This document shows, piece after piece, positions 13,404 to 24,322 of a stretch of 64,000 bases of DNA. The notes under the pieces were generated by a model. The model was given only the letters and a program-made list of their open reading frames with translations, had not been told where the DNA came from and did not search any database. The stretch comes from Psammoneis japonica (taxonomy: Eukaryota). A program made the position numbers and the translations under genes. The first letter of the stretch is position 1. Each line of letters begins with the position of its first letter. The DNA is taken from NCBI GenBank assembly GCA_008632985.1, contig QPGO01000283.1, positions 1-64,000 of the forward strand. Reading direction: 5' to 3'.

Positions 13404-13790
13404 TGCACTATGCTCGAAGAACGAGTGTAGGGCCCTAAACGAAAGTAGAACGAAGTTCAAAAAGTGAAAATTATGAGAATTATTTCTACGCGATCATTTT
13501 GGGTTTCTCCGAACGGGTTCTCAACAGCCTAAACCTTTTGTACTGCTCCTACAGACAAAAGGCCTTTCGGAGAATACGATCGTGACAACAGATTGTCCGG
13601 ATACGATTGACATTGACACATAAGATGTCAACATCATCGTACAGTCGCATTTGCGATTCTCGACATCCGATCAACTCTGTGTGATTGATCTGTCCTTCGT
13701 ACGAACCCACGATTGACGTACGATTGGAATATAAATTTGTTTTATATATACATATACATATATATAACATACATAACAACGCATGTTGCA
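13404..13790 (-). repeat. 3' LTR of Gypsy A
   Basis: Matches 30329-30707 (taaacgaaagtagaacgaagttcaaaaagtg...). Confidence 0.92.
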
Positions 13791-13816
13791 TTCGTCTCCC
13801 TAATTGCACATTAGAG

Positions 13817-14242
13817 TCAGTCGTTAAACGGTATTATCCGACGGATATTGACAGTGTCAATGACGTCACCGCGTTTGATCTGCACTGTGCCATTAGTGTG
13901 TACCGTTGTTATCACATACGGTCCAACATAGGGCTGTTCTAATTTCTGCGAGTCTTTTTCGAGTAGTATCTTCTCTCCTACTCTGTACGTATAAGGAGTA
14001 TGTCGAGCATTCTCTCGAGCGTTATTTTTATTTATGATTTCTTGTTTTCGCTGCTGGATTAATTTCCAGTCTGCGACATGTTGGACGTTAAATATCATGT
14101 CTCTGTTAAAGACCAAATGTCCAGGTGTAGCTTGCGTAGTGGTATGATAAGTAGAACGTACTGCAAATGCTGCCGCTGACAATGTTCCAGCGAAGGGATC
14201 CTCAGTGTCCAGAGGTGTGTGTTGCAAATCAAGTGTACGAAT
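13817..14242 (-). pseudogene. Gypsy A integrase C-terminus
   Basis: AAAFAVRSTYHTTTQATPGHLVFNRDM...EQPYVGPYVI (GPY/F motif). Continues ...HQVLGNV from 19350. Confidence 0.9.
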
Positions 14243-15147
14243 CAATGGCAATCTTTCGGCTCTCAGAGTCATTCTGGCCAGTGTGGCGGTTAAATTTAAT
14301 TAACACTGATGTGAGAAAACAGAAAATTCTATTTAACACTTTTTTGTCGTGCGACACTTGCAACGCCAAAATTCCGGGTAACTTTCGAAATCAGATCTGC
14401 GATCCGCATTGGACCGCGAAGCAATGGCGCTGCATCGTTTCGCATCATGGGAGGATGCTGAGCCAAATCCCAGTCACCCTTGCATCAGGATCGACTGGTT
14501 GCGGGCCAGCATGTCCACAGGTGAATTTGTTTTTGTGGATTGCCGTGCCACAGTGCTTGAGAACGAAATCAACAACGTTAACAGCGTCTGTGCCAGAGCA
14601 GTTGACGTTGCAGCGAATGGGTTGATGAGAGTCAATCTTTGTCCCACTGACGCGTTCCAGACGTAGGTGGGAATCCGTGTGACATTGGGCCCGTAGAATT
14701 CTACGTGCGAGCTCCGTAGTAAAATTGTGCGGTAATTAGAATGTCAATGTTCGCCAACAGAAAATGAGGCAATTTTGCGAACGCACAAACTCGCACATGA
14801 TTGAAGTACATCGATTTTTACTTGGCCAGTTACATTCTTCAGACATTGAAGAATGTGACTGGCGCATTGTTGTTTCTATGTGTGCGTCATGTAAAACGTC
14901 TGGGGCTTCGCAAAACAGCAAGTCTGGACAATTTTTTTTAAATGTCACACATAGAAATGTACGTGCAAAACACACGACGGATGATAAAAATTATTTGTGT
15001 CACACGTCAGCACTGCGAGCTCCCACCTGGGGCTGGAACGCGTCCACTTTGACCGATGCCATCGGAAGTAGACTGTCAAGTTTTCGATTAACGATGTCTC
15101 ATGAGCGATGCATCCCTGAAGTTCACTAATCAGACTGGAGCCTTTGG

Positions 15148-16190
15148 GTGGCGAAAGACAAGATTGTGGATTTGTCTTTTGTGTTCCACGCCAATCAAAT
15201 TAGGCAGGAGGAGCATTCAGTGCAAGGGATGGAAAGAGCCCGGATTTTTCGATGCAGGCTCAAGGGACCAGATCATTCTGAAATTGCTCATGTCAGAGGT
15301 GAGCTTTTCAAATCCTTTCCATGTGAGCTCGTGTCACATTCGACGTTGTTCGTTGATCCGAGCACCTCGTGTTTGGTGTTTGATGGTGTCTTGGATGTTT
15401 CCAAAGCACTTGTCCAAATCCTCAACTGTGGGCGAGAGTCCACAGGATGATTCTATCGAGACAGGCGGTGCATTCGAATTTCTAATGTGGCATTTGAGTT
15501 CATCCGACGTGCCACTGTTTCAACAAACCCTCGGGATGCGGTGTCAAGAATTCGACATGAGAAGAAGGTGCTGCCCGGCCTCGATGTCAAAAAGGTTCGC
15601 AACGACCGCAAGTTTGATGTTTTGCATTATGAAACAGAGGATCAGCTGACAACCCTGTCCGAACTGTTGGGGGAGTCTGCTGTGGGTGGGTTGCGAGTGA
15701 AACACCGACTCAAAGTTGGCGCCACCACCCACCTCAAGCTGAACGACTGCATCAATCACGTCACTGGCTCTGAAGAAGAGGAATTTGAGTGTCAAAAAAG
15801 AACAACCCATCGTGGCATTGACATTCTCCGCAATCGCCAGGAGACAGTGGTGGAGGTACGATGCGCCCTGTTCATCCTTGACAAGTCGGTCAGGACAGCT
15901 GATTTCCCCAACATGCGATTGCAAAAGCTTGTGCGCTGCCAGAATCCATTTGGAGCCAACAATGGCGATGTGGGTATCAATTTAGATCAGCAGAATCAGC
16001 ATGACACCCTCTTACGACCCGGCATCAAGTTTGATCACGTGGGCAACACGTGCACCATTGAATCGGTGAATGCTGAGGCGGGAGTGGTCAGTGCACGGCT
16101 TTCCAACAGTGTTGACGCACCTGCACAGTTGTTTGACACACCAAGTGCATGTGCGGCAGTCAAAACTAAATGTAACTTAAACAAGCATGC
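15148..16190 (+). pseudogene. Second (accessory) ORF of the DNA transposon, function unknown
   Basis: ORFs 15148-15450 and 15487 onward share a frame and are separated by one TGA. Protein-like composition up to about 16190, tail-to-tail with the transposase. Start and end are approximate. Confidence 0.55.
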
Positions 16191-16392
16191 ATTCCGTCAG
16201 CACCAGTGTCAGTGGCACAACATTTGTTGGCTGGTGCTGCTTGTTGTTCTAAGCGTGAAAATCTTGTTTTTCACCTTCCATCCCAACATTCCCTGCCGGA
16301 TGCACCGACTCGCCATCATGTCCCGACAGCCACATCATTCGTCGTTGAAGCCATTTCGCTGTGGCGCGCAGCTTGGACGCGTTACCTTTCCC

Positions 16393-19145
16393 TCATCCTA
16401 CAGCACCGCCATGATTCGTCCTTTTGAAGAAGAAAGCCTTCAGCATGGCATTCAGATGCTCCCAACCTTGCTGACTGTAAATGCAGAGGTTTCTCCACTT
16501 GAGCATGAATTCTTTCATGTGGCCGCAGCCAAGCATGTGAATGTAATTCGAAAGTCCCTCAACTCCATAGAGATGCGTCCAAATCTGGAAAAAATCATCC
16601 GCTTCAAACTGATGCTCTGCAATGTCGTCATTGGACAGGTCATCTTTGGATCTCATTATTTCTATAGAACGCTCAAGGTGCGGCACACACACTGTCCATT
16701 GGTCTCGACGGTCCTCATCAACAACTGACAGGTGCACCAACTCGTCTATGCCGTCAAATGTTTTTCGAGTTCGTGGATTATCCATGCGCAGCTGCCCAAC
16801 CTCCTTCTTGTTTTCCTTCAAAGGAAATCTCCATTGTGATGGGTTGTCATTGTAGGAAAGGAGAGTCTGGTTGACAATTGACTCAATGCTTTCAACATGA
16901 CGCTTGATGCGTCCCATCGCGCTCCGCACCTCTGGAAAAAGCGAGCCGTCTTCACAGTTTGCAATCCCCTCCTCGAATGACATTGTGAGACATTTGAGTT
17001 TTAGCCGAGTTTCCATGTGTAATGCGCAAGGGATGGCCGACATCAATGCGTAGAATGCCTTTTCATTCGGTTCCACATGTGCCAAATCTTCCTTGAGAGA
17101 GACAAGTAATTTCTCACTGCCGATCCTCTCCCTTGATCGTTGACTTTTGTCTTCCATGGAACCATAAATGCTCATCTGTCTGATGTTCAACTCTCGGTCC
17201 AACAGTTCACCAAAGTTTGTTGCTTCATCCACAGCCTCCGGCTGGAAATCGATCGACAAAGGGTCACGATCGCCTGCTTCCGTTCCTGTTTCAGACATTC
17301 TTATCTTAGTTTTTCCGTCTTCGGGCAACACATCGCCTGTGATTGTTTACAGACGAGCCACCTCCTCGTCCAGTTTCTCAATAAATGTTTCATCACCGAC
17401 ATCTTGGTGGTGGCAACGCCACTCGTCGTCGCCCCCGTGCAATCCTTCGCACCGTTTGCAAAGGTCGTCGTTCGGGACGGCGCAGTTGTCGGATTTGCAT
17501 GGGCAGCATGGGCAAAAGTAATCTTTCACCTTGCAAGCTCCACCTTTGTGAAGGCCCTTTTGATGGGCAATGTGGTCACCCGTGTGTGACACTTTAAGTG
17601 GTTCTTTGTCATCATCCAGAGGTTCCTCCTCGCAGTCGTTCATGAATTTATAGAAATCTTCAAATGGCTCGAAAGTCTCTTTGCTCTCCTGACCTGTCAT
17701 CACTTGAAATGGGAAACAGCGGTGGCTGGATTGTGCTGTTGATACACCGCTTGTGACCACCGAGCTGGTGAGTTTGTCCATAATTTGACACCTGCCGCGA
17801 CGATGTCATCACGCTTGTTCAGTGTCGCGCCATCAACAGCAGCACTCACTTCCACGCGTCTACTGGCTAAATCGTCCCACAGGCCGTGGGCTTTTAACAA
17901 TGTGGTGAGTGTTGGGTTTGGCTCAAATTTGAAGCCTTCGCCATGTTCTGTGTTAACCATTGACATGGATGCTTTCCCGTCTTGCGCCGCAGCCTCGACT
18001 TTTTTTGCTGCGCCGTACAGAGCTTTGGTTGACGGTGTCACACCACGAAAATACCTGGCGCCACCACTTTCCACCAACCGAAGAACCTCCACTCCTGAGT
18101 ATGACAGCTTTGATCCAGCAAGATCCATGGCTCTTAGAAGTTTAGAGGGTGTGAATGCATTCTCCTTAAACCATTTCCGAGACCGCTCGATAACGGGGCT
18201 TTTGAGAATGCCACTGCAGAAGTCGTCTGAGAAAATGGCATCCACCACCATCGTGTTGGTCTTCTTTATCCCGACCTTTTTACATTGGCGGTTTAACCAC
18301 TCTTCTAAAAAGGTTTGTAGTTCTTCCTTTGCATCCACTTCATTGCTTGATGCTTCCTCATCTTCTTCAGATTCTTCTTCTGTTTCTTCATAAGACTCGT
18401 CGTCGTCGTCTTCGTCTTGGCTTGCCTGTGCCACCATCTCTCCTTCCAGAAGCCTCCTTCTCTTTTTCGGGTGACCCTTGTTTTTGCGGTTCATTGCTGC
18501 AATTTTTTCACGGGGAATCACGTCCGATTTGTGGCAGTGCGCTCGACTCTTCGTCTCTAGCTTCTGTGTGGGGCCAATCAACGAGGTGTGATTGGCTTCA
18601 CACCGACACCTCGCGCTGCTGCGCTTTGCCTTGCCGCTAAGGACATGCTTCTCCTTGTCCCACAGGTCACAATGATGGCATAGAAAATGTCCTTGATCTC
18701 GAAATTTAACATGCCTGTTGATGCCACAGTCGCAGCAAGTGACAGCAGCACTGCCCCTTCTTCGAAGCGTGCGACTACGAGCAGACCTAGATGCCGGCAA
18801 ACAAAAGCCACGTGTGATGACTCGTCTGGCTCGGCTTGGCTGCTCTGCACTTGTTCTTGAGGTGGTTGGAGTTGGGGTGACTGCGGCAGAATGTCCAGTG
18901 CTTCGTCCAGCAAGCCTCTTGCTGGCACGCAGTGCAACCGGAGCAGTTGCACTCATCGTATCTCGTGTCTCTTGGTTGGCGCCATTGTCAGCCATGGAAC
19001 CATCGGCATGTTCAGCGCCTCGTCTGTTCTCATCAGAATCTGGGTTCGTAATTTCTACAGGCTCCCACGCAGGATGTGCTGAGGATGTTAACGTCCCGAA
19101 CCCCAATCGGAACACCATCTTAGCCAATTCTATTTCTGCGAACAA
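16393..19145 (-). pseudogene. DDE transposase of RAG1-core/Transib/Chapaev type (frameshift near 17782, in-frame stop at 17347)
   Basis: Motifs in order: AAVDGATL, SSHRCFPFQVMTGQESKETF, HTGDHIA, YFCPCC, IPCALHM, SNYIHMLGCGH, YSQQGWEHLN. The N-terminus has a Cys/His cluster, a basic stretch and an acidic tract. Confidence 0.75.
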
Positions 19146-19349
19146 AAAACGACTTGACTGTAAACTGATCAGGTGTACTTTTCTTCAACCCATTTGCAAA
19201 AATACACCTGACCCGATAACAGTCAAGTCTATTTTTGCAAAAATTGTGTGAACATTAGAGTTTCAGTACAAAAACGTGTAGATTCTACAGACAGCCATGA
19301 GCAATTTTGGCGTTTTCCGTGAGGGGTCATTTTCGAAAGATTCCTATTG

Positions 19350-22030
19350 ACATTTCCGAGCACTTGATGTGCGCGTTCAATAATTGCATTTGCTTGTGGA
19401 TTTCGTGTAGTTATAGGCTTGACTTTAATGCCACAGTCCTCTTGCACCATGTCTTTGAATTGGTGTCCGATGAACTCACTTCCACAGTCACATGCAATTA
19501 ACGATGGCCAGGGGCATCTACTTGACCACGTTCGTTCAGTAATCCAGCTACAGTTGTGGATTCCTTATTTGGGATTTCCACAACTTCAAACCATCCAGTT
19601 GCTGGATCAATCATTGTCAAACATTTCAGGACTGGGGGTTCTTTCTTTCCCTTGTGACGCATTTTGTATGGGCCAACAAGGTCCACACACAGTCGTTCCC
19701 ATGGCACTGATTCTGCGCACTTAGGAGGTAAATGTCCATGTTTCTTGTGTTTCTTTTTGAATTTCTGGCAAGTCTCACATTTCGACACGTATTTTCGTAT
19801 GTCTTCACGTAAGGTGCACCACCACAAGTGTTGTGAGATTGTCTCTTCTGTTCGATTTATGCCAGGATGGAGAAGGTGCGCATGACACCAATCTATCACT
19901 GCTTTTTGCAATGTCTTTGGAACGACGATTTTATCCTTATGACATGTGAGCAACCGGTCTCGCTTGCCTCCATGAAAAGTCTTTGTATGAAATGTCTTGT
20001 TTGACAATTTGGAGAGAATGTCTTTGTCCCGCTTTTGTTCACAATCAAGAACTTTATAATTTGACGGAAAGACATTGTCGTGGGATTTTGGTGGGACCTT
20101 TTCAGCTGATTCTTCTGTGCTGAGGGTTTCCATGGGTTCTATTTTTCTCACAGTGAGTCGGCTGATCGCATCTGCGACAATGTTTGCCTTGCCCTCAAGG
20201 CACATTGTTTTAGGACTGCATTCTTCCATTGTTGGACGCCAACGCATGACTCTGTCTGTTGTAAAATTTTTGTGTGTGAGATTTTTGTGATCCGTGTGTG
20301 TTTGTCTGTTGGCCAAACAGCACATTTCAGAATTGGTCAGTTTTTCTGCACAATGACCGCCCCCAATTGAGAATTGCTCGCATCAGCGTGTGTCTCAAAG
20401 GGTGTGTTGAAATTCGGACATGACAACAATGTGTCTTTGGAGATTGTGCGCTTCACATTTTCGAAGGCTTTTTGTTCTGTTTCGGTCCATTGCCACTTTA
20501 CTTGGGTTGAAGTGAGTTTGGCTAAAGGAGCTAAAACATGAGATCGTCGAGGCCACATGTCTCGACAGCAGTTGATCACACCGACAAAGCATCGCAATTC
20601 CTTGCGAGTCTCAGGAGTTGCGATCGCGTGAATCGCTTCTACCTTTTTTGGAATTGGACTGATGCCATTGCGGGTGACATAGAAGCCTAAGTAGTCTACT
20701 CCGGGTTTAGCAAAAAGGGACTTTTCGGCGTTGACCTTCAATCCAGCTTGTTCTAGGCGTAAAAACACTGTCTCAAGCTTCTTGAGGTGGTCTTGGAAAT
20801 CACCTTTTGTAAGGCACAATGTGTCGTCAATGTAAGTTCTGACGAACTCCAGACCTGCCATGAGCTCACTCATGTGCTCTTGGAAAATGTCTGGAGCTCC
20901 ACAGATTCCCATGGGGAGTGTGCAGTGCTCACATTTGCCCCAAGGCACAACGATCGTGCACAAACGACGTGCATGCGGCGTCAGCTCGATGTGATAGTGT
21001 CCCACATTTAAATCTAGGGATGTTGCACACATGAAACCTTCAAGCTTCTGCAGCACATCCTGAACATTGGGCAGAGGAAACGGAGTGCATGTTAACCTCT
21101 TATTTGGCTCACGAAAGTTGGATGGAAACCGAACTCGACCATTTTTCTTGGGTTGAATAAAGGTTGGAGCAGCCCATTCAGAACAATTTATTTTTCTTAA
21201 GACCTTTAACTTGCACAGTCTTTCAACCTCCTTACGAGCAGTCGCCTCCAAGGCTTGTGGTGCGGGAAATGGTTTGGCATGATGCGGACTCATGCCCGAT
21301 TTCAACTTCAAATCCACCGGTTTCCCGGTCCATTTGCCTAGAGAACCATCGAAAAGGTTTTCAAATCTTTTTAAGAGGAAGTTTAGCTGCTTCTGCTCTT
21401 CAGGAGTTAGATGAGTAGCTGCTGCTGTCACATCATTGAGGTTTGCAGCGTGACAGTCTGAGTCAAGGATCCGATTGACCCCCTGTCATTAAGACTGATC
21501 ACTGCATGAGATTCCTCAATATGATCGGCAATCAACTTAAAAACATCAGCATCGAAGAGTGCACCAACATTCTTCATAGGGGCAGTTGCATCTTCCCATT
21601 TGATCTCTTCATTCGAGAAGTCTGACACCACCCCAAGACTCGACATTAAGTCGCGTCCCATGATCATGTCATGACGACTCCAAGAAGAAGAGGAATTGTC
21701 AACACACGCCGTTGTTTCGATCATCTTATGTTTGTCAAATTCGGGTGAGGAGAATTGGATTTTACATCGACTGTCAGTCGTAAAGAGCCCTCCTTTGGTT
21801 TCCCAGAGTTTGGTGGCGGATGCTTTGGTTCTGAGTTTCCGCGTGAATTTGCGCAAAATTATGGTTGACGATGTTCCGCTGTCGAGGAGAATGGGTAGAG
21901 GCTTATTTTTCGCTTTGCCTAAAGAGGCATTCATGTGGGCGATGACTGCTGGACTAGCATGAGTTATTTTGGCCCTTTTTCCGGGCTTCCCAATGTCCAG
22001 CAATGCGCAAGACTCCTCTTGCGGTGCAAG
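19350..22030 (-). pseudogene. Gypsy A pol (PR, RT, RNase H, integrase)
   Basis: LLDSGTS (PR), EWAAPTFI and RTYIDDTL (RT), THADASNSQLGAVI (RH), HPGINRTE..CETC and CVDLVGPY (INT). Confidence 0.92.
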
Positions 22031-23105
22031 TCATTCCTCGGAATCGCTGTGCGTCAATTTTTCAAATTGACAATTCTCCTCGTCAAGGGTGTCAGAATCA
22101 CAATCTTTGCTCTTGCGCTTCTTGTCGTTGTTCGAAGAACTCGCCTTGAGTATTTTTTGAACTGCTTGGACCACCATGGCATTCAACTCTTCTTTGCGAG
22201 TGGCATTATCGTTATCGCGACGAGACCACGTGCGATTGCCATTTGAACGGCGCCGTTTTGGATCGGGTTCATAGTTCCCACGGTGTTCTTTCGCAAGTCT
22301 TTTAATCGACCAGCACTTGTCCGTGTTATGAGTGGATTTTTCGCACAGAATGCACCACTTATCGGACTGAGATTTTTCGGCACCATGTTGGTGACCATTT
22401 TTGGAACCACTCTTGGCTTTCGATCCAGCACTGCTGATGGGATCAGCCTTGGCATGAATGCCGTCAAATGCGTCCTCCGCGACCTCCAGGCGCTCCAAAA
22501 ACTCAACCAACTCGTCACAGGTGTGTTTCAAAATTTCGAAACCCTGGACGGTCGACTGACGCTGCCACTTGTGAGGTGCAAGGTTGAAGAGGATGTCCTT
22601 GCGCTCGTCCTCCTCGATCTTCTGATCCTTTCCAAAGGGCAGATGGAACATGAGATCTTCATTAACTTCCTGGACCCAGGCAGCAATCTCGCGTACTTTC
22701 ATTGACTCGGGCTTCTTGAGATTGCGACGCAAATAGCGTTTCTGAACCGAAAGTGCGTTCTTGGGAAACACATGCTTCGTGAGGTGTTGCAGACATTTCT
22801 CAAAGCTTCCTTCCGTAGATTCGTCTTCAATGTTCGCCGCCGCATTCTCAAAAGCACGTAGAGCGTCTCCTTGTAGCAACACACGCATGAGACGGAACTT
22901 GTCGACTTGCTCACTGATGTTCTGGCCCACTAGAAGTTGATCGTAGCTCTTGAGGAATTCGATGTACTTTGGGACACCCTGCTTCTTGTGGCACTCGACA
23001 TTGATGGTGCAGGTGCGGCTGTCCTTCTTCTCAGGATGAAAACACTGCTCCATCTTGAGGTGCTGACTCGGTTTGAGGCTCTTCGGCTCAGAATTCGATT
23101 CCAAC
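22031..23105 (-). pseudogene. Gypsy A gag; 5' end split off by the Copia insertion
   Basis: LLQGDALRAF, HVFPKNALSVQKRYLRR and a CCHC knuckle CILCEKSTHNTDKC. Confidence 0.85.
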
Positions 23106-23383
23106 TGACAGGATTTGAATGGGATTTAGGTGCGCACGAAATGTCGCGCGCCATTTAGTTTGCCACGCACAGTTTTGTGTGCTCTTTAGTTCCGCGCATA
23201 CGCGCGCGATGTAGTTTGCTTTCGAGCCACTCGGCTCACAAGAACAATAACAGCAGCCCGATTGTGCTGACTTACACGTCTTTCGGCTCCTGCAACGGTC
23301 TGTGAGCGGAGACTCATCTGCCATTTAGACAGCAGCAAGGAGTCATTGTTTGAATTCTTGCCATTTGCCTTCAATTTCTGTCA
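23106..23383 (+). repeat. 5' LTR of Copia 23106-30217
   Basis: tgacaggatttg...caatttctgtca, repeated at 29940 and 62774. Confidence 0.95.
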
Positions 23384-23400
23384 GATTAACAGTCTTGCTC
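23384..23400 (+). promoter_or_regulatory. Primer-binding site, probably complementary to the anticodon arm of tRNA-Asn (half-tRNA primer)
   Basis: gattaacagtcttgctc directly follows the LTR. Its reverse complement ...GACTGTTAATC is an anticodon stem-loop with GTT. Identical at 63050. Confidence 0.6.
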
Positions 23401-24322
23401 ATTGTCAACCCATTGAGCAACCGCCATCGTCGTCGTTGATTTACCGACGATGCTATTTCAATTCTGCGTGGACCTCCACACACATTCTACGTGTACATCG
23501 GCAAGTCTACGCGCATTCAACACCAGGCATCGGCAGGAATTTAACGTCACCGTCAAGTCTCCTTAACGCTGGACATCTGGATTGATTGTGCTACCTTTTG
23601 TCGCTGAAGACATACATTCAACGGTCACATCCAAGTCTATCCTTGATCCTCATCCCTTGACACACCCATTCAACGGTTAACGGTCAAGAACCCTACACAT
23701 TCAAAGATCTTCGTCGCTGAAGACATTTACACACACATGTCTTCACGGCCAAGAACTTGAACCCACTCTTTGGACTACGGCTTTGCTGCCACTCTACAAG
23801 CACACCGAGTCTATTGTACCTGATCTACCCCGGACCACTGGTGCTCTGCAGTTCTACCAGGTCCACAAGGACAACTGTGAGAGCAAGCAGCCATGATTAC
23901 AGCCTACGTTGGGGCGAGGGTTTTTTCCCGTGTTTGTTCGTTCGTCCACAGTGCCTAACGCCTACGTCAACTGGCCAGCCTGATCGGGAAATCCAACCGA
24001 CATAAAAATAAGAACGGTTCGGGGGTCTTGTCCACCTCTAGTCAGCTTACCTGCAGGGGTTTACAACCCGCTGCTCCGCTTGCAAGCAACCCAAAGCGCC
24101 ACTGGCTGCGGGTTCGGACGTGCTGGCACAACTCTATGGACCGGATAGGAAGTTTAGCACTTGACAACGAACGGGATAGCACACCCTGGCGACTTCTGAT
24201 TTTAAGATAGTTCAAGATTTCAAGTCAAGTCTATTTCAAGTCAAGTCCATTCCCACTCAAGTTTCAAGTCTACCTCCGCGTCCTAACAAGAATCGCTTGT
24301 CCTGACACTGCTTTTGTCTGCC

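Larger units (their letters stand above)
14243..19349 (-). mobile_element. TIR DNA transposon with a RAG1/Transib-like transposase and a convergent second ORF, inserted in the Gypsy A integrase
   Basis: 16-bp imperfect TIRs: caatggcaatctttcg (14243) and cgaaagattcctattg (ending 19349). The host integrase is interrupted here. TSD not resolved (AT/AC flanks). Confidence 0.8.

Noticed and set aside
15148..16728. RAG2-like gene, or a 413-aa CDS at 15487-16728
   Set aside because: No kelch GG or PHD pattern is visible. The part beyond about 16190 overlaps the transposase antisense and looks like read-through.
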